DNA of 64,000 nt. Origin: a virus (taxonomy: Duplodnaviria; Caudoviricetes). Below are positions 23,075 to 32,770 of the stretch, in pieces (within the stretch, counting starts at the first letter, position 1; every line of letters begins with the position of its first letter). Location: IMG/VR virus record IMGVR_UViG_3300042507_004106; one strand, written 5' to 3'. The translations under genes were made by a program, and so were the position numbers. The notes under the pieces are model-generated. The model made no database searches and was not told the DNA's origin. It saw only the letters and a program-made list of their open reading frames with translations.

Positions 23075-25575
23075 TAGGCAAAAAATAGTTCAAGGTTTAC
23101 AGTTTTTTCTACGTTCCATCCAATAGAGTCGAGAATAGACTTCAATGGTTCTACGAAACTCTTCTCAAATTGTAGTTCATAGTCTATGTATTTGTCAAGA
23201 CCAAGTTCCTTGGGGAAATCTTGAATGAAAGAAATAACATTTTCCTGAATTATGTTTGGTTTTTTCAGAAAAATATACTTTACCTTCTCACCGTTATTAA
23301 TCAGAGAGTACTTGTTTGTTAATTTCTTTTCCTTGATGTAATGGTTAAAGAGAAGTGCTCCTCGAATATGGATAGGAGTTTTGAAAGCATAGATATTTGA
23401 AGAAGAATGATACTTTCTAACATCTGATGCAGTTCTGGGGAACGCAACTTGTTCTGGCGGTAAAGATTTAAATTCAGCACGACACCTATCGATAAATTCA
23501 ATTACTTCTTCTTCCGTACCACTCATCATCAATTTTAAAGCATCCTTAATCATTTTGCGACAAGGTGCTGGTGTAGAAGACTTTACTGCCTCAATTCCCA
23601 TCATTTTGAGTTTAGGTTCTTCATAACGAACACCCTCACTATCCCAAACGTTAAGAATGTAACGCTTTTTAGCAGTCCAGATTCCACGCTCGGCAATGTT
23701 CTCACGCTTCATCTGCATCTTCTGGTCATAAGCATTCACATACTCAGCCAATTCTTGGTAGCAACCTTCAATATACTTTTCAAATTCCACCTGACAGACC
23801 TTATCAAGGAACGAAACAACGCTTTGAGTAGTTTTCTCTCTTCCCTTGTATACACTTTCAACCAAAGGACCCATATTAAGATAAATGGAATCAGTATCAG
23901 AAGCAATGACATAATCAACACCGTCAGTTTTAAGAATTTTGTTTAGATAGGCATTCATCTTGTTCTCAATCCAACGAATAGACACCTGACCAGACAAGGT
24001 GATTGCCTCAGCATTTGCTAGTTTGTAATAGCGGAAATACTGGTTGCCGATAGCACCATAAGCAGAGTTAAGTTGAATCTTCCTCGCCATCTGGATGTTG
24101 TTGCACCGAGCAATCTCTTTTTCCAACTCTTTCGTCTTTTTCTTTTCATACTCCTGTTTCGCAGCAAGCATCTTCTTTTTGTAAATGGTACGATCTTTGT
24201 AGATCTTCTCCATCAACTCTGGAAGGAAACCACGCACATCCTTGCGGAACATTGCCCCATTAGCACAAACTGCATAATCCTTGTATAACTCAAAATTAGT
24301 TTCTTGATTTAGGATTTTATCAACAGTCACACTTGGATGCCTCTCATCCAGAAGAGTTTCTGGTGAGATGTTATATTGCATAATGAGGTGAGGGTATAGG
24401 GAGTTCAAGTCAAAACTCACCACCCAGTCATATTTTCCAGGAATCGGTTCTTTTACATAAGCACCAGCATACTTAGAATCTTTATCAGAACGTTCTTTTG
24501 GAGGAATCACAATGTTCCTCCTTTTCAGGTAATTGTAGATAATGGTATCCCACATACGGACCTGAGAAAATACGTCAGCATAATTTGCTTTCGCATCATA
24601 CGCCATCGTAATTGCAAGTTCAATCAGTTTCATCTTGTCTTCCAGACGGTCAACAAGTTCTACGTCAACGATGTTATATTCAACAAACTTTTGCCAACCT
24701 TTTGTATAGAAGTCCTTAAACGTATCAAACTCAGAGTGATCAAGTTTTTTCTGATTGAGTTCAACGCTTGCAATATAATCCAGACGATAAGATTCCTGTG
24801 CTTTATAAGTAAACTTTTTATAAAGATTCAGATAATCTAGTTGTGTAATTCCACCAACATCATAAGAAATATGTTTACGTCCAGCAATGTAAATCTCACT
24901 CTCAGTCACCAGACCCCAAGGAGACATACGCTTCATCAATTTTTCACCCAGAACACGATCAAGACGGCGAACAAGATATGGAATATCATACAGTTCACTA
25001 TTCCATCCAGTTACAACTTCTGGAGTATTTCCTTCTACCATCCACCAGTTAATGAAATCCATTAGGAGATCATATTCTGTAGAAAAAGATTTGTAAATTA
25101 CGTTCTGCTGCTTATTCTGGAATGGACCAAGACCCCAAGTGCGAATCTGTTTAGAAGAGTAATCTTGAATTGTAATCAAAAGAACTTCTTCAGCAGCAGA
25201 TTCTACATCGGGAAATCCATTCTCAGATGCAACCTCAATATCCAAAGTTGCAACTTTAATTTTGTTGATATCAAATCTTATTTCATCCTCAGGATACATT
25301 TCAGAAATATACTGATAGATGTATCCAGTATTACCATAGATTTTAAAGTTTTCTACACCTTCATATTTTTTAATAAATTCCCTACAATCACGAACAGAAC
25401 CAGGTTGTATTGGTTCAACATATTCTCCACTAAGAGTTTGATATTTAGTTTTTTTATTGGAAGGAACAAAAAGGGTCGGGTTGAACTTCTCCCGAGTCAT
25501 AAAGTGTTTACCATCTTCATAACCTCGGACAAGGAAGTGATCCCCGACCATTTGCACGTTTGTGTAGAATCTCAT
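23074..25575 (-). CDS. gp43: Family B DNA polymerase
   Basis: Exonuclease LDIEV, GWNSELYDIPY; polymerase SFDLNSLYPH, KIQLNSAYG, ASDTDS, KKRY. Confidence 0.98.
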   Translation of the reverse strand: MRFYTNVQMVGDHFLVRGYEDGKHFMTREKFNPTLFVPSNKKTKYQTLSGEYVEPIQPGSVRDCREFIKKYEGVENFKIYGNTGYIYQYISEMYPEDEIRFDINKIKVATLDIEVASENGFPDVESAAEEVLLITIQDYSSKQIRTWGLGPFQNKQQNVIYKSFSTEYDLLMDFINWWMVEGNTPEVVTGWNSELYDIPYLVRRLDRVLGEKLMKRMSPWGLVTESEIYIAGRKHISYDVGGITQLDYLNLYKKFTYKAQESYRLDYIASVELNQKKLDHSEFDTFKDFYTKGWQKFVEYNIVDVELVDRLEDKMKLIELAITMAYDAKANYADVFSQVRMWDTIIYNYLKRRNIVIPPKERSDKDSKYAGAYVKEPIPGKYDWVVSFDLNSLYPHLIMQYNISPETLLDERHPSVTVDKILNQETNFELYKDYAVCANGAMFRKDVRGFLPELMEKIYKDRTIYKKKMLAAKQEYEKKKTKELEKEIARCNNIQMARKIQLNSAYGAIGNQYFRYYKLANAEAITLSGQVSIRWIENKMNAYLNKILKTDGVDYVIASDTDSIYLNMGPLVESVYKGREKTTQSVVSFLDKVCQVEFEKYIEGCYQELAEYVNAYDQKMQMKRENIAERGIWTAKKRYILNVWDSEGVRYEEPKLKMMGIEAVKSSTPAPCRKMIKDALKLMMSGTEEEVIEFIDRCRAEFKSLPPEQVAFPRTASDVRKYHSSSNIYAFKTPIHIRGALLFNHYIKEKKLTNKYSLINNGEKVKYIFLKKPNIIQENVISFIQDFPKELGLDKYIDYELQFEKSFVEPLKSILDSIGWNVEKTVNLELFFA

Positions 25576-25829
25576 TAGGCAGTTAGTTCAAGATACTTTT
25601 CAATAATGTCTTCTTTAGGTGTAACAATAGTCAAAATACTATCCGAATGGATCATCATTTCTCTTTGGTCAGTAACATCTGGCCAAGGAGTTAAGTTTCC
25701 ATCCCCATCAATTTTATATGGATTAATGAGTTTACAATCTGGTTCACCAAGTTCAGATCCAACTTCAATAATTTCGGTGATGATTACGTTATCAACTTTC
25801 AGTAAAAGACACTTGATTGATTTCACCAT
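25575..25829 (-). CDS. Hypothetical protein, possible Sm-like fold
   Basis: LLLK..VIITE..KLINP..LTPW pattern shared with 25792-26124 and 40584-40994. Confidence 0.7.
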   Translation of the reverse strand: MVKSIKCLLLKVDNVIITEIIEVGSELGEPDCKLINPYKIDGDGNLTPWPDVTDQREMMIHSDSILTIVTPKEDIIEKYLELTA

Positions 25830-26124
25830 TTACTTTTTCCTCATACATTTGTTTAATTGTTTCTATTGGTTCCACAATAGTAACCACCCAATCAGGCGGG
25901 ACTGGGATTTGATCATCGCTAGTCAGAATAATCCAAGGAGATAGTGATACTTCCAAATCTCCCTGTGCATTCTCATTTTCTTCCACTAGCAAAACTGTTT
26001 TTCTGGCTTCAACTTTATGAGGTTTAGTGAATAGGTATCCACAGACCTTATCATCAGAAATAAGTTCTTTAGCGTCAGAAATAATTGTCTCGCCCGATTT
26101 TAGTAGTGCTAACTTGATTGACAT
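25792..26124 (-). CDS. Hypothetical protein, possible Sm-like fold
   Basis: IKLALLKSGETIIS..LFTKPH..LSPW..WVVTIVEP. Confidence 0.75.
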   Translation of the reverse strand: MSIKLALLKSGETIISDAKELISDDKVCGYLFTKPHKVEARKTVLLVEENENAQGDLEVSLSPWIILTSDDQIPVPPDWVVTIVEPIETIKQMYEEKVNGEINQVSFTES

Positions 26125-26145
26125 TTTCCCAATTATCCTCTACCC

Positions 26146-26197
26146 ATTATACCAATAAAAAGGGGAGGCGTCAACTGGATTTTGCCAGTTGCCTCCC
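26146..26197 (-). terminator. hsp20 terminator fused with sigma70 promoter TTGACG-N17-TATAAT
   Basis: GGGAGGC-AACTGG/CCAGTT-GA-CGCCTCCC stem then a U-tract; -35 at 26174-26169, -10 at 26151-26146. Confidence 0.8.
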
Positions 26198-26220
26198 GCG
26201 CCGACGATATTCGGAACTAT

Positions 26221-26655
26221 TTATAAGTAATCTTTGCGAGCATGATGCTCTGGTACTATTTTCCCAAGTACGATCCGTAGAAGTCCGTCTTCAAATGTGA
26301 CTTCGCGAACTTCTGTGTCGTCGGATAAAGTCCACGCTCGTTTAAAACTTCTGCTAGCCACTCCCTTGTGGATAAACGTCCTATCCGATTCGGTATCTGC
26401 TTTTTGTCCCTCGACAAAAAGTTTTCCATACTCTGTGAACACATTTACTTCTCCTTTCTTGAATCCCGCTAATGCTAGTTCCAAATGAGACTCAACATTA
26501 TTTATTTGAACTAAGTTATATGGAGGATAATTGGTTGTAGTTTCATGAAGATTAAATAAACGATCAAAATATTCGTCCATTCCAATGCTATTGCGCGTAA
26601 TTCTTTCCATTAAGGCAGGAAGATCCGCAGCAGTATACCTTGTAAGGTTAGTCAT
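26221..26655 (-). CDS. hsp20: Small heat-shock protein
   Basis: NYPPYNLV, LELALAGF, FIHKGVASRSFKRAW, FEDGLLRI. Confidence 0.95.
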   Translation of the reverse strand: MTNLTRYTAADLPALMERITRNSIGMDEYFDRLFNLHETTTNYPPYNLVQINNVESHLELALAGFKKGEVNVFTEYGKLFVEGQKADTESDRTFIHKGVASRSFKRAWTLSDDTEVREVTFEDGLLRIVLGKIVPEHHARKDYL

Positions 26656-26735
26656 TATGGTAGCTCCTTCTTTAAAAGCGAGTTTGTGTTTTGTGGACCC
26701 TTACGGCATCCGTATATAATTATAATACTTCTTAC

Positions 26736-26767
26736 AAAAAAGGCGGGTGTAAAACCCGCTCTTTTTT
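26736..26767 (-). terminator. Intrinsic terminator after regA (potentially bidirectional)
   Basis: GCGGGT/ACCCGC stem flanked by A6 and T6 runs. Confidence 0.8.
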
Positions 26768-27206
26768 ATTCGGCATCCTCTACCTTTTTCTTTTTAGCAC
26801 CAATATTATACTTGGTTTCCAGAATCCAATCTCCCTTGTCCTTATAGGAAAGAACTTTGATTTGATTCAAAGGAGCAATGTCCTGGATCTTCTTTACATC
26901 AACAATCTCAATCAGACCCCAATCAGCAAGAAGTTGGGCAATACGATTGCGACGTTGAACATCATTCACAGTTAGGTTTGCATGTTTGCCGTCAAGGGCA
27001 AATAGTTCTTTAAAGTGAACAAGATAATATCTACCTTGCTTATGTAAAATATGGCAAGATTGATAGATTTTCTTTTCCTTTCTTGAAGCAACTCCGATGC
27101 GGGTCAAAGTCTCACGAACCTTAAGAAAATCATCAGGTTCATTAAGGATCACTTCCACCATTTGGTCGGGCGTCCACTTCACTTCAGGTTCTTGAACGAC
27201 ACTCAT
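26766..27206 (-). CDS. regA: Translational repressor RegA
   Basis: FLKVRETLTRIG, QSCHILHKQGRYYLVHFKELFALDG, RRNRIAQLLADWGL. Confidence 0.97.
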   Translation of the reverse strand: MSVVQEPEVKWTPDQMVEVILNEPDDFLKVRETLTRIGVASRKEKKIYQSCHILHKQGRYYLVHFKELFALDGKHANLTVNDVQRRNRIAQLLADWGLIEIVDVKKIQDIAPLNQIKVLSYKDKGDWILETKYNIGAKKKKVEDAE

Positions 27207-27583
27207 TTTGTTCCTCCAGTTTCAAATTTCGATTTTATAAATGTTAGTTGTTCTTTGGTAAGAATCCTCAAAGCCTGCTTTGCCTTTTCATTACTATATC
27301 CATAATAACGTTTGACATAATCAAGATCTTTGATTTTATCTTGTCGGAGCCAGGAAGAAAATCTCTTCTTTTTCCTCAGACTATTTATAAAGAAGTCATA
27401 TTGCATCTTTTTTGATAGAAAATGATACCGATTCATTTCATTAGCAAACATAATGCAATCAAGATGCCCAGAAAGACAACGATTAATAATATAGGGTGCA
27501 TATTCCTTCTCAAGTGAAGGATCTTCATCAATCAGATGTTGCTTCGTCTGATTGATCGAGTTTAACCAGTCCTTCAATTCCAT
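27203..27583 (-). CDS. gp62: Clamp loader small subunit
   Basis: LKDWLNSIN, YAPYIINRCLS, ANEMN, YYGYSNEKA; start MELKD chosen. Confidence 0.92.
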   Translation of the reverse strand: MELKDWLNSINQTKQHLIDEDPSLEKEYAPYIINRCLSGHLDCIMFANEMNRYHFLSKKMQYDFFINSLRKKKRFSSWLRQDKIKDLDYVKRYYGYSNEKAKQALRILTKEQLTFIKSKFETGGTK

Positions 27584-28400
27584 AATTAAAAAGCAAGAGT
27601 TCTTTACGTTGTTTTTGCTCACGCATATATTCACCCACAGAACGCATCGTGTAAGTCAAATCAAACTCAGCGGCGTTCCAATTTTTAAACCTATCTTTGA
27701 CTAGTTGATCAGAATTGTAACTAATGAGTTGATCCATATTACAAACGTCGCAATCAGCAGCAAACTTATCGTGATCAAATCCTTTGTGCATTGATCCTTT
27801 ACGCCCATAGAGATTATCCTTAATATCATAAGGAGGATCGAGATACATAAAAGCACCTTTGTTTCCATCCATCAGATAATCATAGGAGTAATTAGTTATA
27901 CGCCATTTTTCGATTAGTTTAGAATATTCGGGAAGTTTTTCAATGCCTCTCATGGAGAAGTTATTAATTGATGCCTGTGGAGAAAAAGAAGAGCTTTCGG
28001 TAAGACCACTAAAAGAACATTTGTTAACAATATAGAAAGCGACAGCACGATTAAGGTTCGTTTGAGACTCATCATTGATATTCTCCTTTGACTTTGCGAA
28101 TAATTCTCTTGCTAATTCTGGAGTATTGTGTGCAAGTTTATAATCAACTAACTGATTTTTCAAATCATTTCCAAACATCTGGAGTTGCTGCCAGAAGTTT
28201 ACTAATGGTTCATATAAATCGTTTACCCAAATATCTAGGCTTGGATATTTCTTAGTAATATAAATTGCAACACTTCCGCCGCCAAGAAATGGTTCACGGA
28301 ATTCATCATAGTTGCGAAGATCTGGAAAATATGGATCCATTTTGGTGCAAGCGCGGGACTTGCCCCCAGGATACCTTAAACAGGTTTTAAGAGACTTCAT
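27528..28400 (-). CDS. dam: DNA adenine methyltransferase (Dam/D12 class)
   Basis: LRYPGGKS, EPFLGGGSV, NDL, YLDPPY, ISYN. Confidence 0.9.
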   Translation of the reverse strand: MKSLKTCLRYPGGKSRACTKMDPYFPDLRNYDEFREPFLGGGSVAIYITKKYPSLDIWVNDLYEPLVNFWQQLQMFGNDLKNQLVDYKLAHNTPELARELFAKSKENINDESQTNLNRAVAFYIVNKCSFSGLTESSSFSPQASINNFSMRGIEKLPEYSKLIEKWRITNYSYDYLMDGNKGAFMYLDPPYDIKDNLYGRKGSMHKGFDHDKFAADCDVCNMDQLISYNSDQLVKDRFKNWNAAEFDLTYTMRSVGEYMREQKQRKELLLFNYGIEGLVKLDQSDEATSD

Positions 28401-28596
28401 AATCAGGTTGGTTATACTTCAAATACTCAAGAAAGGTCATTTTCATTTCTTTATGAGTCATACCACAATGCTTAGCAGCAGCGGGAAGAGTCATCTTTGC
28501 ACGAAATAATGCTTCGTTTGCCTCTTTCACATTCTCAGGAGTAGTCTTGACTGGTTCTTCTTTTAGAGTCTTATAATCAATTTTGTAAAGGTTCAT
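28387..28596 (-). CDS. Small hypothetical protein (possible HTH)
   Basis: MTLPAAAKHCGMTHKEM helix-turn-helix-like segment; coupled between gp44 and dam. Confidence 0.65.
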   Translation of the reverse strand: MNLYKIDYKTLKEEPVKTTPENVKEANEALFRAKMTLPAAAKHCGMTHKEMKMTFLEYLKYNQPDYEVS

Positions 28597-29537
28597 CGGA
28601 ATTCACATTCAACCATAAGTTCAGTTAGTGCTGCTAGGAGGTTAATTTCTTGGTCAGCCACGAAACAACATTGGTATTGATACTTAGCAATAACAAGAAC
28701 GGCAGCAGGAATAGAGGCGGGCACAAGAGAGTCATAACAGGAGTCATAAACCCTGCGAAGTAAGCTAGAAGCATCGTTGTCCAAGTTGGAGACCACCCAC
28801 TTTCTGACTTCCGTAAAGTTCTTTTCCTTGAGGAATTTGATAAGTTCATTTACAGAGATGTCTGAGAAAGATGCAAGAATGCCCGAGTCAATTTTCCCTC
28901 CCGTAGCATACCTTTGACATTCGTTGAGGACCCTACGAAAATCTGGGAAGTGTTTTGATACAAGTTCAACAAGGACTTTTTGATCATATTCAACCCTTTC
29001 CTGGTCCAGGATTGATTGAAGTCGCTGAAAGAAACTTCCCGCAAGTTGAACTCTTTGCTTCCCTTTGATGGTGAAGTCAATGACTGCACATCGGGAGTGA
29101 AGAGGTTCAATAATTTTGTTCTTATAGTTGCAGGTGAAGATGAATCGGCAGTTGTTATAAAATGCCTCAATATTCGCCCGTAGTAAGAGTTGTACGTCGT
29201 TCCCTGTGTTATCCGCCTCATCGATGATGATGACTTTGTGTTTAGAAGATCCCGTAAGTGAGACGGTCGAAGCGAAGTTCTTTGCTTGGTTCCGTACAGT
29301 ATCCAAGAAACGTCCTTCGTCGGATCCGTTAATGACATAATAGTCTGCTCCTAATTCATTACACAATGCCTTTGCAATTGTTGTTTTACCAATACCAGGA
29401 GGTCCCGCGAGAAGGAGATTTGGAATCTCACCCTTCTCTACAAACTCCTTAAATGTTTTTTTAGTATCATCAGGAAGAATACAATCCTCAATCACTTGAG
29501 GACGGTATTTCTCACAGAATAAGAATTCACTTGTCAT
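28593..29537 (-). CDS. gp44: Clamp loader large subunit
   Basis: EKYRP, GPPGIGKTT, INGSD, IIIDEADN, CNY..KIIEPLHSRC. Confidence 0.97.
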   Translation of the reverse strand: MTSEFLFCEKYRPQVIEDCILPDDTKKTFKEFVEKGEIPNLLLAGPPGIGKTTIAKALCNELGADYYVINGSDEGRFLDTVRNQAKNFASTVSLTGSSKHKVIIIDEADNTGNDVQLLLRANIEAFYNNCRFIFTCNYKNKIIEPLHSRCAVIDFTIKGKQRVQLAGSFFQRLQSILDQERVEYDQKVLVELVSKHFPDFRRVLNECQRYATGGKIDSGILASFSDISVNELIKFLKEKNFTEVRKWVVSNLDNDASSLLRRVYDSCYDSLVPASIPAAVLVIAKYQYQCCFVADQEINLLAALTELMVECEFR

Positions 29538-29544
29538 AATTTAG

Positions 29545-30066
29545 TTATACCCAATCAGGTTTTCTTTGCGGCATACGAAGATAATTAGATGCAACCCAAG
29601 GTTTGGATGCGATATACATCTTGTAAGCAGTAAAAGTGTCAATGCTTGCGTCAAATTTATATTCATCTGGCATAGCACGAACAAAGTTTTCTACCTTGTT
29701 TATTTTACCACGAGGGAACAAATAAAAGGCATCTACAAGGGTCTTGTAGCAAGAATGAATTTTATCATAGCGAAGTGTATACTCGTCGCATAGATTCAAT
29801 CCATGTTTGATTAACCAATAAGCATTATCGATATTTTCAAGTGCCCATTTTGTACAGGGGTGGTTACGAAACGCACCTTTTTCAGTTCTGTATGGTGTAC
29901 CATCAGTTTTATAAAGATTGCCGTAACCATGACCCCATTTTTCAGAAGCAACAATAGAAAGCATTTGACAGCATTCTAAAGGCATTTTGACGACATGTTT
30001 ATCGGGAAGACAAATAGCACTTTCCGCAGGCCAAGGAGAAGTAACGAATATATTCATTAGAGACAA
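29545..30066 (-). CDS. Pyrimidine-dimer DNA glycosylase-like protein
   Basis: MNIF..DKHVVKMPLECCQMLS, NHPCTKW, EY..RY.K.H, AMPDEYK. Confidence 0.75.
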   Translation of the reverse strand: MSLMNIFVTSPWPAESAICLPDKHVVKMPLECCQMLSIVASEKWGHGYGNLYKTDGTPYRTEKGAFRNHPCTKWALENIDNAYWLIKHGLNLCDEYTLRYDKIHSCYKTLVDAFYLFPRGKINKVENFVRAMPDEYKFDASIDTFTAYKMYIASKPWVASNYLRMPQRKPDWV

Positions 30067-30482
30067 TACTTTTGAATAACGTATTTTACTTTTTCTGGTT
30101 TATCTTCCATCCAATAAGCTTCATGTTCCATATTTGCAGAAGCATTAGAAGACTTTACTGAATTTTTAATATCTTGATATTTGAAAGACTCAAGAATCAT
30201 ATCCTTTTTGGAAATACCAAAAGCTTTATTTCCGTTGCAGGAATGTGCTACATGGACTGCTTCATGATAAAGAGTTTCATTAACATAAAATTTTACATCA
30301 AATCCACTTTTTTTAATGTTCTTAGTGCAGATTACGAATTTTTTTCCTAGATCCACATATCCAAATATTTCAGTATTACTCCTACAAAAATCAACATTTT
30401 CGCGAACAGAAAACTTTGCCTGATAAATTTGATTGAGAATGTCTTTTGCTTGGGGAGTAAGATACAGTAAGAATTCCATCAT
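30057..30482 (-). CDS. HExxH zinc metallopeptidase-like protein
   Basis: ETLYHEAVHVAH and distal MEHEAY. Confidence 0.65.
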   Translation of the reverse strand: MMEFLLYLTPQAKDILNQIYQAKFSVRENVDFCRSNTEIFGYVDLGKKFVICTKNIKKSGFDVKFYVNETLYHEAVHVAHSCNGNKAFGISKKDMILESFKYQDIKNSVKSSNASANMEHEAYWMEDKPEKVKYVIQKYCL

Positions 30483-31165
30483 CCAAAAGTAGAGTCTGGT
30501 TCTAGAGCAATATAATAGTGCAAATTATATTTGGGATTTGTGAATTGAGACAGAAGTTTAGAAGAAACTACAACATCATAAGCACCAGGAATAATCTTGA
30601 TGTTTTCTACCTTAAAGTTAAAGGTAAACTCGGCGTCGGTCTCACCAACTACAATAGAATATTCGTTAGAGGTATCGTTCTTCTTATCACGAACTACCAA
30701 TTTGACTACACCTGCTTCCCCAACAGCAGAAAGATCAGGAAGTTGATAAACTGCTGCTGCCTTAAGAAGTTTTTCTAGAGTTACGCTATCAAGTTGGAAA
30801 CAAACATCCTGAGAGGGAAGTTGAATTTCTTTTTCTGGAGGAGAAATAATAACGTTAGGATCAGCGTAGAAGTACTTCACACGACGCTTACCTTCTTTAA
30901 TACTGAGGTAAGATTGTTCAGTAAAATCAAGATCAGGATCCTGATGAAGACTCAAACCATTCAGGAACTGATTCAGATCATAGATAGCAAAATCACGGGG
31001 GAACTCTTCACTAATCTCTGCTTCAGCAAGAATATTCTTTGCTACAGAAATAGTGCGGAGACGCTTACCACTCTTCACAAGAATCGAGTTATTGATACCA
31101 GCAAAGTTCTTGAGAAGAGCGAGAGTATTATCAGAGAGTTTCATAGTTTTGTCTTTGAGTTTCAT
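30479..31165 (-). CDS. gp45: Sliding clamp
   Basis: MKLSDNTLALLKNFAGINNSI, FAIYDLNQFL, C-terminal YYIALE. Confidence 0.96.
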   Translation of the reverse strand: MKLKDKTMKLSDNTLALLKNFAGINNSILVKSGKRLRTISVAKNILAEAEISEEFPRDFAIYDLNQFLNGLSLHQDPDLDFTEQSYLSIKEGKRRVKYFYADPNVIISPPEKEIQLPSQDVCFQLDSVTLEKLLKAAAVYQLPDLSAVGEAGVVKLVVRDKKNDTSNEYSIVVGETDAEFTFNFKVENIKIIPGAYDVVVSSKLLSQFTNPKYNLHYYIALEPDSTFG

Positions 31166-31167
31166 AA

Positions 31168-31521
31168 TCAACGGAATTCGGTCAGACCATTATTTTTGCG
31201 GGAATAATGCCTATCAAAGTGGAGCAAAAGCATTGCATAGTGAATCACTTTGAGAAGGTCACGCTTATTGCGACCATCCTTATCACCATAGCGACTCCCA
31301 TACTTGAGGATATTTGCTTGACAGAATCCAGCAGCAAGTTTCTTCGCTGCCATCAAGTCAATAGTTTGAATATCATTGTAACCATCTTCATCTCCACAGT
31401 AATGACCGTGATAGGTGCTGGTTACATAATCTTCAACATCCTTGAGAATTTTATCTTCGTTGTATTTCCAGAGATGATTTGTGTTTTCAGTCATAGTAAT
31501 AGTAAAGGTTGAATCACTCAT
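31168..31521 (-). CDS. Conserved phage protein (DUF3310-like)
   Basis: YVTSTYHGHY, GFCQANILKYGSRYGDKDG, DLLKVIHY; start uncertain (31521 or 31494). Confidence 0.7.
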   Translation of the reverse strand: MSDSTFTITMTENTNHLWKYNEDKILKDVEDYVTSTYHGHYCGDEDGYNDIQTIDLMAAKKLAAGFCQANILKYGSRYGDKDGRNKRDLLKVIHYAMLLLHFDRHYSRKNNGLTEFR

Positions 31522-31550
31522 AAAGGGAAGGCACATTTTTACCTTCCCCA

Positions 31551-31579
31551 ATTATATCAGAAGGGGGCGGGTTGGTCAA
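31551..31579 (-). promoter_or_regulatory. sigma70-type promoter TTGACC-N17-TATAAT for the gp45 operon
   Basis: -35 at 31579-31574 within the cobS 3' end, -10 at 31556-31551. Confidence 0.8.
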
Positions 31580-32678
31580 CGTATTCGGGACCAGTAGAAG
31601 GCATTTTGAAATCAGCATCCACTTTATCATAGAGTTCAAGGAATGCTTGCTTGGTTTCCTCATCAAAGCGATTCACACACACTTGAATTGCCTTTGCCTT
31701 GTCTTGGAAGATGCTGTAGGCACGGATAATGTGAGTCAGACGACGGGTGCTGATGATTTCCTCAATACCACCATCGTAGAACGTTTTACGGATGATATCC
31801 GCCCAATCAACCAACCGCTTGCAGAAGTCACGGTCTTCCACGCCAAGGTCCAGAGCGATGCCTTCCAGAATCTTCTGCTCAGTGGTAGGAGCGGGATAGG
31901 ATTGCTCAAAGGTTACAGGGAAACGCTCAAGGAATGCCTCATTCAGCACGTTGGTGCCGATAAAGCGACCGTCATCAGAACCCTTACCCTTGGTGTTGGC
32001 GGTGGCGAACACATTGAAACCAGCGGAGGGTTTCACGAACCGACCGATTTTCTTCAGGAAGACACCCTTACCTTCCAGAACAGATTGCAGGCACAGAATC
32101 TTGTTGGAAGCAAGGTCAATCTCATCCAGCAAGAGGATTGCACCACGCTCCAGTGCCTCAATCACAGGACCATTGTGCCAAACAGTCTCACCATTCACAA
32201 GACGGAAACCACCGATAAGGTCGTCTTCATCGGTCTCAATCGTGATGTTGACGCGAATCAGTTCACGCTTAAGTTGGGCACACGCTTGCTCCACCGAGAA
32301 CGTTTTACCGTTACCCGAAAGACCCGTAATGAACGTAGGATAAAAGAGACGGGACTGAACAATTTTTTTGATATCGTTAAAATTACCAAACTTGACGAAG
32401 GTATCATCTTTATCAGGAATAAGGTTTTGTTCCACAGCGGGGAGAGCAGCGGGGGCTTGATAAGAACGCTCAATCTCTTCAACACGTTCTTGAGTCACTT
32501 CCAGATTCCAACGCCCACGAGAAGTCTTGAAAGGTTCCAGGCGACGGGTCACGGTCTGGTAGTTGAGACTACGAGAAGCACAGAAACCCTTCAGGTCACC
32601 AGAAGTAATTTCAGAACCGTACAGTTCTTTGATGGATTCAATCAGTTGGGCGTCGTTCACAGAAGATTTGCGAGGCAT
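31557..32678 (-). CDS. cobS: CobS/MoxR-like AAA+ ATPase
   Basis: GLSGNGKT, LLLDEID, ATANTKG, LNEAFLERF, ISTRRL. Confidence 0.9.
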   Translation of the reverse strand: MPRKSSVNDAQLIESIKELYGSEITSGDLKGFCASRSLNYQTVTRRLEPFKTSRGRWNLEVTQERVEEIERSYQAPAALPAVEQNLIPDKDDTFVKFGNFNDIKKIVQSRLFYPTFITGLSGNGKTFSVEQACAQLKRELIRVNITIETDEDDLIGGFRLVNGETVWHNGPVIEALERGAILLLDEIDLASNKILCLQSVLEGKGVFLKKIGRFVKPSAGFNVFATANTKGKGSDDGRFIGTNVLNEAFLERFPVTFEQSYPAPTTEQKILEGIALDLGVEDRDFCKRLVDWADIIRKTFYDGGIEEIISTRRLTHIIRAYSIFQDKAKAIQVCVNRFDEETKQAFLELYDKVDADFKMPSTGPEYVDQPAPF

Positions 32679-32710
32679 GGTGTAGTTGGGTCGTTTGTTT
32701 CAACAGACTT

Positions 32711-32766
32711 ATTATACACACAAAAAAGGGGCAACCGAGTGCCCCTTGTGACGGTTTGGAAAGTGG
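32711..32766 (-). promoter_or_regulatory. 18-bp box + stem-loop + TATAAT (no canonical -35)
   Basis: CCACTTTCCAAACCGTCA at 32766-32749, AAGGGGCA/TGCCCCTT stem, TGTG-TATAAT at 32716-32711. Confidence 0.7.
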
Positions 32767-32770
32767 TTGC

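Noticed and set aside
31557-32678. cobS as evidence of cobalamin biosynthesis
   Set aside because: No CobN or other cob genes are present in the window; a MoxR-vWA chaperone reading is more parsimonious.
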